Assembly: GCA_024626585.2 (NCBI GenBank)
Contig: JANKJI020000002.1
Coordinates: 232,396,631-232,420,696 of the forward strand
Reading direction: 5' to 3'
DNA length: 24,066 nucleotides
DNA from: Ginkgo biloba
Taxonomy: Eukaryota > Plantae > Ginkgophyta
Below are positions 12,176-23,097 of this stretch, piece by piece. Position numbers and translations under genes: made by a program. The notes below the pieces were generated by a model. The model did not search any database. It saw only the letters and a program-made list of their open reading frames with translations, and was not told where the DNA came from. Position 1 is the stretch's first letter. Every line of letters starts with the position of its first letter.

Positions 12176-14298
12176 ATACTCACTCTCACTTAAGGTGATT
12201 AGGATTAACATTGTACCATCCTAACGTTAGGAATGATTTGATCCATTTTATATTAGGAAGGGAATATTAAGACTCTTATCACATAATTTTGTGACTCCAC
12301 TAGGAACTATTTTAATGTAGTCCAATTAGGAATTTTCCTTTTCTTTCTTTTATCTTAGGTTACATTGGAGTAGGTACTATTTTTTTGAGATAAAATTCAA
12401 TTTCCATAATTATTTCCATTATACCCCCAAAAATTATATAACAAGTCCCTCAAATCTTCTTTCCCCTAGCCATTAAGAGATGAATACTGGTGGGGAGAGG
12501 GTTCACTAGGCATTACCATATTATTGAGGCCATATAAAATTATCCATGGATGATATTATGTGTTTAATACTATATTAGGTGATTATCAGGATTTATNNNN
12601 NNNNNNNNNNNNNNNNNNNNNNNNNNNNNNNNNNNNNNNNNNNNNNNNNNNNNNNNNNNNNNNNNNNNNNNNNNNNNNNNNNNNNNNNNNNNNNNNNNNN
12701 NNNNNNNNNNNNNNNNNNNNNNNNNNNNNNNNNNNNNNNNNNNNNNNNNNNNNNNNNNNNNNNNNNNNNNNNNNNNNNNNNNNNNNNNNNNNNNNNNNNN
12801 NNNNNNNNNNNNNNNNNNNNNNNNNNNNNNNNNNNNNNNNNNNNNNNNNNNNNNNNNNNNNNNNNNNNNNNNNNNNNNNNNNNNNNNNNNNNNNNNNNNN
12901 NNNNNNNNNNNNNNNNNNNNNNNNNNNNNNNNNNNNNNNNNNNNNNNNNNNNNNNNNNNNNNNNNNNNNNNNNNNNNNNNNNNNNNNNNNNNNNNNNNNN
13001 NNNNNNNNNNNCCAAGTCTCTACCAACTTTGCTACCTTTTCCATATTTGTTAGTATAAATTATTCTTATTTTAACTAGAATAAAAATGTAGCATTGTATA
13101 ATCTTTTAACATAATTATAATCCCTACATTAAACCACTTATCAATCACAAAGGAAATTATGCCTTCCATGCAAGTATAGTGTCTTAGAGATAAGTAGAGC
13201 CTTATGTGCTACCCTCCCATCATCTTAAAATTCTTCCATAGACTCTTCCATTATATACTTCCATGCTATAATGACACCCACACATGGAATGATTTTATGT
13301 TTATCATACCCTTTATATAGTGATGATGAAATGGAAATACATACTATGCATAACATCTTTATTTCATAGTGGAATGTTATGAGTGGAGAACCAAAACACA
13401 AACCTAATTATCCCTCTGAAGCTATAATTCTTAGGGAAATTTTTTATGATCTATTATCTCATCAAATTTCCTATATCCCCTCTAAACTATACATGCAATA
13501 TTTTTAATATGGTATAGGGTTTGACTGGTCCCTAAACCCAGTCATCAAATTCCTTTGTGTCCCATTTTGTACCACTATGTGGTGTTGTGTCTTCTCATAT
13601 GAACACTTCAAATTTTAATACATTTTTTTCCACTCACTATAACTCTCCTTTATTCAAATTACCACCTAATATTATGGTATTAATTCTTATAAAAAATGAA
13701 AAAAATACACCAAGCATAAATATTAAGAGCATCTCAACTCCCCTTTCTATTAATTTTAAAGTTTACTCTTTATTCTACCCCATAAGTCCTATATAAGGAT
13801 AATAATTAATTCAAGTATATTTTTATTTGGTAGGATCCCATGTTCCTCAAAATTATTTACCTTTAGTATATGCCTCACCATTCACCTCATAACCACCCAT
13901 AGTTTTTCTACATCTAATGGTTTATCCATAATAAGGGTTGCCTTAGAGATACCATTGCTTTTTATAGCATAAACAATCACAAAAATAACCCCTTTATCCC
14001 AAAATATTATTTCCACTATGCACACAACATATTTTTACTCATACCATTTTCATACACTCTAAACATATGGTGCATTAAGCCCTTACATAGTCATCAACAT
14101 CGTAGGTACCAAACCATTAAGAAAACATATAAGTTACCAACCCTTTCAATAAAAGGTCATTTATATAACTTGTGGTTGGATTTATAAAATCATATAATNN
14201 NNNNNNNNNNNNNNNNNNNNNNNNNNNNNNNNNNNNNNNNNNNNNNNNNNNNNNNNNNNNNNNNNNNNNNNNNNNNNNNNNNNNNNNNNNNNNNNNNN

Positions 14299-15610
14299 CA
14301 AAAGATTTATTAGAGATGGAAGTGGTATGATGGTATATAGGAAAAATACATATCAAGAGAAGGGAAGATTGAGGGAAACTAATGAAAGCATGCTGACAAA
14401 GGTAGTCAAGTAATGAGAGGAGAGAAGTAGGGAAGATAGAGAATACCAATGATAGACTGACAGTAGATAGTCAATAGAGAAAAAAATTAGGAAGAGATAA
14501 AGGAAAGGGTTAGAATATATTAATGTTGTTGAAAGACTAATGACCAACACTAATGGAAACATCAATATATCGAGTAGAAGAAATAAGGGAAGGCATATGA
14601 AAAAGGAAGGATGATAGAGATAGTTGATGATAATAATGATAGTTGAGAGAAGGCCACAATGACCAAAAGGGAGTTTAAGGAACAGAAGGAGGAGAGACTA
14701 AGGAGAGGTTTGGAGGTACATTGAGGATGCACTAAAATCATTGATAAGGAGAGGAATAGTCAAGCGATAATAGGAGATTATTGATAGATAGAAGAAGGTA
14801 GAAGAAGGATGGAAAATGACTAAAAATGATTGAAGAGAGGAGGTCAACAATAGGCAATAAAATCTAGAGTAAAGGTACGATGGTAGGTGGAAGGATAACT
14901 ATATAATAAGAGAAAATTAAGAAGGAATTTAATGCTCAATAACTATAAGGATGAAGAATATAGGATTTTGGATAACGAGGAATATAGATAAGAAAATTTT
15001 ATGAACAAACAGGGTGGCACTCAAGGAAGAAATAGGTAGGAGAGTTAGGTGAGTTTAAATACTGGGAATGGATAAATTTAAGTCTTTAACAATATGAATT
15101 AATGTGGGATTTTTGGCACCTAGGAGTTGTGAGAGGCGAAAAGAGGAGAATTGAGAAGAGAAGAAAATGAGAGAGAATGAGAGTCAAGGAGGAACTAGAA
15201 AGAGAATTTGAAAGTGAGAAGGGGGAGTGACTCCATGTAAGGAAAAATGAAGTGGAATGTTCTCTAAGTGTGAGGCATCCATAGATAACTAAAGAGTTGA
15301 ATAAGGAAGATAGGAATATCACTAAATATGAGGCATCCTGAGATGATACGCTAAGAAGACAATAGAACATGAGGCAACTTGAGAGTACTCAGGTAATCCA
15401 AAAGATATTGGTAGACCATTGACCATTAGGAAACCACTAGGTGAAGAAAGAATAAGGAAATATTAATGAGGTTGAGGAAGTCGGGGAAATATTTGAGGAT
15501 TATTCTAAGGGGATAAGTTAATGTAGGATTTATATATTGTAATCCTAGGGGGGACTAAATTTATGGAGGTTGATGAGACCTTATAATTGTATAATCCCAT
15601 TGGGGAATTA
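14299..15610 (+). mobile_element. Second, inverted copy of the same LTR family (truncated or solo LTR); homology demonstrable for ~14900-15610
   Basis: Colinear matches to the reverse complement of 7060-7660: AGAGTTAGGTGAGTTTAAATAC (~15041) vs rc 7631-7652; ATGAGGCATCCTGAGAT (15328-15344) vs rc 7351-7367 (16/17); AAGATATTGGTAGACCATTGACCATTAGGAAACCA (15402-15436) vs rc 7272-7306; GGGGGACTAAATTTATGGAGGTTGAT (~15548) vs rc ~7082-7108. Confidence 0.7.
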
Positions 15611-17460
15611 NNNNNNNNNNNNNNNNNNNNNNNNNNNNNNNNNNNNNNNNNNNNNNNNNNNNNNNNNNNNNNNNNNNNNNNNNNNNNNNNNNNNNNNNNN
15701 NNNNNNNNNNATGAGTTTTCGTATATGTAATGATATTAAAAAATAAATCTATATGTTGGATGGTATATAACATGAATGCACTAATAAGGTATGATAATAT
15801 ATGCATAATCTATGGTCCATGATGCTTAAAATACCCATGTGAAAAAATAATATGATGTAAGGGGGCACGTAAGAGAATAACTATGGAAATAAAGGATCAA
15901 TGCATAAGGTAAATATATAAATGAAATTTGCACACGGAAAATAGATTAAAATAACATATAAATAAGGTATCTATATATAATAAGAGTGATAAATGGAGAA
16001 AATTTATGTTAAATGATGCAAATGTAAACATATGTGGCACAAGTTATGTAGGAATAAACTATAACATATATGAAATGGGATATAATTATCCATAAATATA
16101 TGCAACAACTAGAAAAATTATATGAGTAGTACAAATGTATGGATGTGAAAAAGGATGATAAAATAATGACCCTAAGTGCTAAGTTATATATGATTATAAT
16201 GAACAAATGTCCAAACAACTTTGTAGAGATCTTAATCTAAAAAGGAATCACCAACAACTGAGAACCACCATAATGAACAAAAAATACACCAGAATGAATG
16301 GTAGCGAGCTAAATTGTATGAAGTGGTTGTTTTTTATGATACTACATGTTGATAGTGTAGATTAAGAAAGATTAGTTATAAAGGGATAATAATATTACAT
16401 CGTCCAAAATATTTCATTGCATATTAAAAATACACTCATGAAACAATGTAAGACAACCATTGTCAACGCACAATATTGTACATGTCTTAGCCTAATGTAA
16501 TAATATGATAATATAATAATATAAAATACATAAAATTATGGAAAATTAATATATTTATGTGCATGATATAAAAAGAAAATTATGAAATGATAATGTTAAA
16601 TAAAAATGTCATATGAGAATGTTATATTAGAATGGAAAAATATTATGTCATATAGCATATATATAATGTAAACACTAATAGACTAAAAAATATTAATATT
16701 CATAAAATGAAGCCAATTATTAATGAAATTATGATGAACCAAATGATGTTTTAATATATCATTGGAATATGACATGCAATGATTGATTAATACATCATGA
16801 TGTATGAACTACGTATGAAATTAAGAGATATCAACCATGAAATGACTAAACAAACATTAACACCGATAAAACTATGAACTAATAATTATTATAATGTACA
16901 CATAATTAAAAAAATTCTATAATAATGATACTACTAAATGGGATAATTAACACATTTATATTACCCCTTTCATAACAACAAATTATAACGAGACTAAAAT
17001 TGTCAGGAGATATGCCAAATGATGTATAGCAAGACCATAATTATATATCCTATGAAATATATAAATAATTTTGTAACAAATAAAATAATCCATGATATAT
17101 ATAAAAATGATATAAATNNNNNNNNNNNNNNNNNNNNNNNNNNNNNNNNNNNNNNNNNNNNNNNNNNNNNNNNNNNNNNNNNNNNNNNNNNNNNNNNNNN
17201 NNNNNNNNNNNNNNNNNTATTTTTCTTATATTTAAAGAATTCATCTTATCATTCACATGTTTTATTCTTACTTTCTTCCACACACAAAATAAAAGGTCAA
17301 TGAGAAATCCATACTTAGTTCCAACTTTTTATTTTAGAATATAATTTTGTAGTGAGTAGAATTACTTTATGTCATGTATAAAATTAACTATGAACTTATT
17401 TTACCCATTGGGTTTTCAAAATGTTGTTATTTCAAATTTTGGATCAAATAATAAAGTAAA

Positions 17461-18586
17461 AATTCTTATACACTATAATGTCTAAAATGACTTATTTCAA
17501 TAAGACTTAATTATAACTTGGATATGGTTTTCATCAATTATATAAACATGTTATGTATTCTAAATATATAACACTTTGATTTAGTTATTAGTTTTATATG
17601 ATGAAATGCTCATATGAGAAGTACAAGATATACTAAACTCCACAACTTTTCTTCTTATTTATTTTAAGGTCTCTTATTACATTTACTATTTATTTTATTT
17701 CATCTCTTCCTTGAGTTAGGGATATCATAATTATCTCTTTTAATATTATCTATTTACGCCCTTTANNNNNNNNNNNNNNNNNNNNNNNNNNNNNATACGT
17801 AGGTCAAAATAAAGAAAACACATTTAATTCATTTCTAAAAAAAGACTCCTATACACTTATAATATCTAAGGTGATTTGTTTTAATAATATTTAATTGTAC
17901 CTTAGATATGGTTTTCATCAATTATGAACACATGTTATGTATGCTAATATAGAACACTTTGATTTAGTTGTTGCTTTTATACGATGAAATTCTCATATGA
18001 NNNNNNNNNNNNNNNNNNNNNNNNNAAGCCCTTCTTCTTATTTATTTTAAGGTCTATTATTAAATTTACTATTTATTTGATTTAGTATCCTCCTTGAGTT
18101 AGGGATATTAGAATTATCGAGCTTTTAATATTGTTTATTTATGCCCTTAGAAAACTTGACAAATTTATATGTAGGTCAAAATAAAAAACATTCATTTAAG
18201 TCATTTCTATAAAAAGATTCATAGATACCTATAGTGTCTAAAGTGATTTATTTCAATAAGATCTAATTGTACCTTATATATGATTTTCATAAATTATGCA
18301 TGCATGTTATGTATGCTAAATATAAAACACTTTGATTTAGTTATTACTTTTATAAGATGAAATGCTTATATGAGAAGTACATGATATACTAGACTACTAA
18401 ACTTTTATTTTTATTTATTTTTAAGGTATCTTATTATATTTACTATTTATTTGATTTAGTCTCCTCCTTGAATTAGGGATGTTAGAATTATCTCTTTTAA
18501 TATTCTCAATTTATGCCCTTAGAAAAAAAGATAAATTTATATCTAGGTGAAAATAAGAAAAACGTTTAAGTCATTTCTAGAAAAAG
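17461..18586. repeat. AT-rich tandem repeat/satellite, ~372-bp unit, 3 diverged copies
   Basis: Shared blocks recur at regular spacing: (G/T)ATATG(G/A)TTTTCAT at 17521/17905/18277, AACACTTTGATTTAGTT at ~17571/17953/18327, CCTTGA(G/A)TTAGGGAT at ~17709/18092/18466, TAGGT(C/G)AAAATAA at ~17800/18172/18544. Small N-gaps distort the first two unit lengths. Confidence 0.92.
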
Positions 18587-21500
18587 AATAATGCCTCAAA
18601 CTTGTTGTAGTTATAGAAATAAATACATTNNNNNNNNNNNNNNNNNNNNNNNNNNNNNNNNNNNNNNNNNNNNNNNNNNNNNNNNNNNNNNNNNNNNNNN
18701 NNNNNNNNNNNNNNNNNNNNNNNNNNNNNNNNNNNNNNNNNNNNNNNNNNNNNNNNNNNNNNNNNNNNNNNNNNNNNNNNNNNNNNNNNNNNNNNNNNNN
18801 NNNNNNNNNNNNNNNNNNNNNNNNNNNNNNNNNNNNNNNNNNNNNNNNNNNNNNNNNNNNNNNNNNNNNNNNNNNNNNNNNNNNNNNNNNNNNNNNNNNN
18901 NNNNNNNNNNNNNNNNNNNNNNNNNNNNNNNNNNNNNNNNNNNNNNNNNNNNNNNNNNNNNNNNNNNNNNNNNNNNNNNNNNNNNNNNNNNNNNNNNNNN
19001 NNNNNNNNNNNNNNNNNNNNNNNNNNNNNNNNNNNNNNNNNNNNNNNNNNNNNNNNNNNNNNNNNNNNNNNNNNNNNNNNNNNNNNNNNNNNNNNNNNNN
19101 NNNNNNNNNNNNNNNNNNNNNNNNNNNNNNNNNNNNNNNNNNNNNNNNNNNNNNNNNNNNNNNNNNNNNGAATAGCATCTACCTTTTTTATAATAAATCT
19201 ATTATATTGGATATAATAATTGATTATAATTAATGATGACATTAGTTTTCTTTCCCCTCACAAATATAAAATTCATCAGATATACATATTCCCTTTTAGG
19301 AATGTAATACTAAAGCATGCCTATTCTATTCTAGTTATAAACAAATGAAAAATCTATTTAGTATTATACTATCAAAGTAAAATATATNNNNNNNNNNNNN
19401 NNNNNNNNNNNNNNNNNGTTAATGGCCTAAAATCACTCATCTAATGAGAAAGTTATATGTTTCTCCTTTAAAGGAAATATAACCTTGGGTGTAATTAGAG
19501 TGGCAATTGTTTCTTATCCATCCATTACAATTCATGTATTCGATACCTCAACTTCATTCGTTATTTTATAATCAAAGGTCAAGTTTATTTCTTAAGCTGA
19601 TATGACTCAACGAGAATAAAAATTGTCCCCAAGTTATGCATTTTGAGATAAGATTCAAATCTCATGAAGCATAGGTTGAGTNNNNNNNNNNACAAATTAT
19701 GAACTTAATTTAATTCCAATGGTTCATGGAATATATTAATGTCATGTTCATAAATATTGTCTTCATATTCTCCACTTTTTTTTTGTTCTTTAAGAAGAAT
19801 TTAATCTCTACATGCTCATGCACAGCCAAGCATACTAATGTCACTTCTAATTGCCTTTTTCCTTTGAAATGAATTTCTTTGTCACCAAGATTATTCTTTA
19901 GTACTACAAAACTTTCCCAAGACCAAGGGCCAAGTATTCTCACTTGTGCTTTCAACGTTTGACAAGATTTTCCTAATATCTAAATTTACTTGTAGGTTAT
20001 ACATACGAGATAGAAAAGTGTTGCTCTTATGCATACTAAAGCATCTTTCTAATACAAGTAAGGCTCCTATTTAACTTATAATATCTTCCCAAGGTGAACG
20101 ATCCAATGAATAGTAATATATACTAAAATATATTTTCTATCTATATATGTTGGAAAATATTAGTAATTATGGGATTATATGCCTTGAGAAGAACTTGTAA
20201 GGTGAACCGAGTAGCCCAAATCCATATTCATACCATTTTCATATTTCCTACATAAATGTCTCAATTGCATTTAAGCGAATGTAACGTATGCCTTCAATTA
20301 AGCTTATTATCCCATGAAGTAGATTAAAAACTATTCATGATATCGCCCACACTTAATCATCGTGTGCACCTCCGTGTCAATAACTTGTTCAAGTTTGGAT
20401 AATTTGTCCAACAATGTCCATTCTTTTCCANNNNNNNNNNNNNNNNNNNNNNNNNNNNNNNNNNNNNNNNNNNNNNNNNNNNNNNNNNNNNNNNNNNNNN
20501 NNNNNNNNNNNNNNNNNNNNNNNNNNNNNNAAACTATTGAAAATATTAGAACAATAAAATATCTATGCCAAAATCCAAATGTGCACTCGGAAGGGAGCCC
20601 TTAGAATATTATGGCCATATCATAACAATCAAAGGAGTAAAGGTAGACCTAGATAAAATCTCACCCATAGTAGATTGGCCTAGACCAAAATAAATTATTA
20701 AGGTAAGAGTATTCCTTGGGATAATAGGGTTCTACTGCAAATTCATAAATAACTATGCAACAATTATTTCTCCCTTAATAGATATCACAAAAAAGGAGGT
20801 ATTTAAATGGAATGAATTGGCTAAGAAAGCATTCAAATATTTAAAAATGGTTATGACCACTACTCTAGTACTAACTTCACCAAAAAAATTGAAACCATTC
20901 ATCCTTGAGTGAAATGATTTGGGAGTAAGGATTAGTGTTTTCCTAATGCAAGAAGAGAGACTGATAGCTTTTGAAAGTTAAAAATTAAACAAAAGAGAAA
21001 GGTTCATATTGACCTATAATAAAGATATGTTATCCAGCATGCATGCCCTTGATAAATTGAGGAAATACTTGCTAGGGAGTAAGTTTGAAATTAAAATTGA
21101 CCATAGTAGTTTGAGATATTTACTACAATATAACTCCCTTATCAATGAAAAAATGAAATAAATAGATAAAATAAAGCATTCAACTTCATCATTAGCTACA
21201 AAAAAAGAAACAAAAATGTAGTAGCAAATGCATTGTCAAGGAAATTTGAAGAAGTGAGCCTTAATTCAATGTCTATAGACTAACTCACTTAGATAATAGA
21301 GGTACAATTAGAGTATACCAATGACCCAAATATATTACAACTATTCTAAGATATAAAGGAAAACAATAGGGACAACAGGTGGAAGTTGAAGAATGGAAGT
21401 ATCATATTTAAATATATAATATGTCTTAATAAAGTGTCAGCAATGATAATAAAATATCTATAATAAGGACATACAGTGTCAATGGTAGGGAATGTAAGCA

Positions 21501-21807
21501 TCAAGAAGGCATACCATAATATAAGTCAAGTATTTGACTGGCCAGAGACAAAAGATGATATCACTAAATATATGGCAAAATACGATACATGTCAAAGATA
21601 AAAAGAAGAGAATGTGCCACTTACTAGGAAGTTTCAACCATTGAATATTATTGAACAAAAGTGGGAAGAAATATCTATGGACTTCATAATCAGACTATCG
21701 AATTTAGAAGGTAAGGGTGCAATCTTGTTTGTAGTAGATAGACTAATAAAATATGCTCATTTTATTAGTATAAATAACAAATTTAAAGCACCTATAAAAT
21801 ATGTAAA

Positions 21808-21872
21808 TCAGTGAGGGAAATGATTTGTGCATTTCCCTCACTGAGGTATTTATGAGCGAAATGCACAAATCA
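21808..21872. repeat. Nested inverted repeats (templated insertion) interrupting the integrase
   Basis: TCAGTGAGGGAAATG (21808-21822) and CATTTCCCTCACTGA (21830-21844) are a perfect 15-bp inverted pair with a 7-nt loop. TGATTTGTGCATTTCCCTCA (21821-21840) is the reverse complement (19/20) of TGAGCGAAATGCACAAATCA (21853-21872). Confidence 0.9.
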
Positions 21873-22763
21873 CATGGATTCCAAAAAAGGATTATTTATG
21901 ATAGAGATCCCAAGTTCACAAGTGACTTCTGGCAAGAGTCATTTTGATTGTCAGGCAATAAGTTGAATATGAGCATAGCATATCACCCATAGATAGATGG
22001 GAAAACATAAGTTGTAAATAAATGCTTGGAGAGATACCTATGCATATACAAAAGAGATAAACAATCCAAGGGGTCAATGTGGCTAAATTTAGCTAAGCAT
22101 TGGTATAATATGATATACCACACATCAACAAAGATGTGCCCATTTGAGGCACTATATGGATACAAACCACCATTATTAAAAGATCACATTATCCAAGAAT
22201 CAAGAGTTTTGGTAGCACAGGATAATCTAAAATAAGTGTAAGAGATCCTTGAACTCCTAAGAGACAACCTAAACATACCATGAAATAGAATGAAACAACA
22301 TGCCAACAAAGGGTGAAGCAAGAGGTCTTTTGAGGTTGGAGACATGGTTTTTGTAAGACTATAACCATACAAGCAACTATCACTAAAGGAAAAGAGAAAA
22401 GTCAAACTTCAACCTAGATTCTATAGTCCATGTAAGGATTTGGAAGAAGATTGAAGAAGTAGCATATGTTGTCAAACTACCTAAGCAAGGAAAGATACAT
22501 GACGCATTCCATATGTCCTGCGCAAAGCAACAAGTCAACTCTAGTGTATAAACACAAACACAACTATCAAAATTGGATGTAAGGGAAAATTCATACTCGA
22601 ATCATAAGGCATTATAGAAGTAAGAAAAAGATCTTTGGAATAAGTAGATATGACAATATAGAATAAAATGGAGAAACCTACTAGAAGAGGAGTCAACATT
22701 GGATGACGAATAGTTCATGACATAACACCTTGCACTATCTATGCTTTGAGGGAAAAGCATGTT

Positions 22764-22775
22764 GAGTGGGGGGGG
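22764..22775 (+). other. Polypurine tract (PPT) of the chromovirus element; the 3' LTR is expected to start at TG 22776
   Basis: GAGTGGGGGGGG immediately after the chromodomain/pol end and directly followed by TGTTG, the canonical PPT-TG junction of LTR retrotransposons. Confidence 0.7.
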
Positions 22776-23097
22776 TGTTGAAAGAAGATTTTAACCCTTA
22801 GCAGAGTTCAACAGAAAGACGTTAACTAGAATTATTGCATGTTCGTTGAATTCAGTGGTACGTTCGTCGGGCTATGTGTACCGCTTGTTGGACTTTGTGC
22901 ACCTTTTGTTAAGCGCTATGTATCATTCATTAGTGATTGTGTATCATTCGTCGACCAGTTTGTCATCATTTGCTGCAGTTTAGATGCTCGTTTATGTTGG
23001 TAAAAATAGGGGACCTAGTGGCACCCGCTTAAACCAATGGGTGGTTATATGCCATTCGTTAATAAAGCATGTATTAATTACACATACATGAGAAATC
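22776..23097 (+). promoter_or_regulatory. Putative 3' LTR remnant doubling as proximal promoter/5' region of the downstream gene
   Basis: Begins TG right after the PPT and is the only sequence between the element and the ATG at 23098. CpGs are retained here, unlike in pol. The LTR 3' end and the TSS cannot be located, and the cognate 5' LTR is not visible. Confidence 0.45.
22840..22966 (+). repeat. Degenerate 21-bp tandem repeat, ~6 copies
   Basis: tgttcgttgaattcagtggta / cgttcgtcgggctatgtgtac / cgcttgttggactttgtgcac / cttttgttaagcgctatgtat / cattcattagtgattgtgtat / cattcgtcgaccagtttgtcat. Units start at 22840, 22861, 22882, 22903, 22924 and 22945. Approximate consensus CRTTCGTYGnnnnnTGTGTAY. 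Confidence 0.7.

Larger units (their letters stand above)
20531..22775 (+). mobile_element. Degenerate Ty3/Gypsy chromovirus-type LTR retrotransposon pol (RT C-terminus, RNase H, integrase, chromodomain), with many stops and frameshifts
   Basis: Manual translation. RT: SKCALGREPLEYYGHII..GVKVDLDKI..IVDWPRPK*...VRVFLGIIGFYCKFINNYATIISPL (~20570-20780). RNase H: KPFILE*ND.G..IS.FLMQE.RLIAFES...TYNKDML...KYLLGSKFEIKIDHSSLRYLL and NVVANALSRK (~20890-21245). Integrase: FDWP...DI.KY...YDTCQR, LQPL-like FQPLNIIEQKWEEISMDFI...ILFVVDRLIKYAHF, HGFQKRIIYDRDPKFTSDFWQ, AYHP*IDGKT*VVNKCLERYL, PFEALYGYKPP, FEVGDMVFVRL*PYKQ, KLQPRFYSPCK (GPY/F). Chromodomain: IKWRNLLEEESTLDD (~22660-22710). The RT-RH-INT order defines Gypsy. 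Confidence 0.95.

Noticed and set aside
15711-17117. Very AT-rich block as Helitron/CACTA or matrix-attachment region
   Set aside because: No terminal motifs, hairpin or periodicity that I could verify.
19692-20430. 81-aa minus ORF (19710-19955) and adjacent slightly CpG-richer sequence as a gene fragment
   Set aside because: Non-ATG start, no recognisable motif or splice structure, and bounded by gaps.
21983-22405. Minus-strand ORFs of 60-73 aa
   Set aside because: Antisense shadows of the plus-strand integrase remnant.
22840-22966. CRISPR-like interpretation of the periodic repeats (also 17461-18586)
   Set aside because: Head-to-tail degenerate units without unique spacers, no cas genes, and a eukaryotic intron-containing context.
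23040-23080. TATA box for the downstream gene
   Set aside because: Only weak matches (TTATAT, TATTAATTA); cannot be assigned without a TSS.
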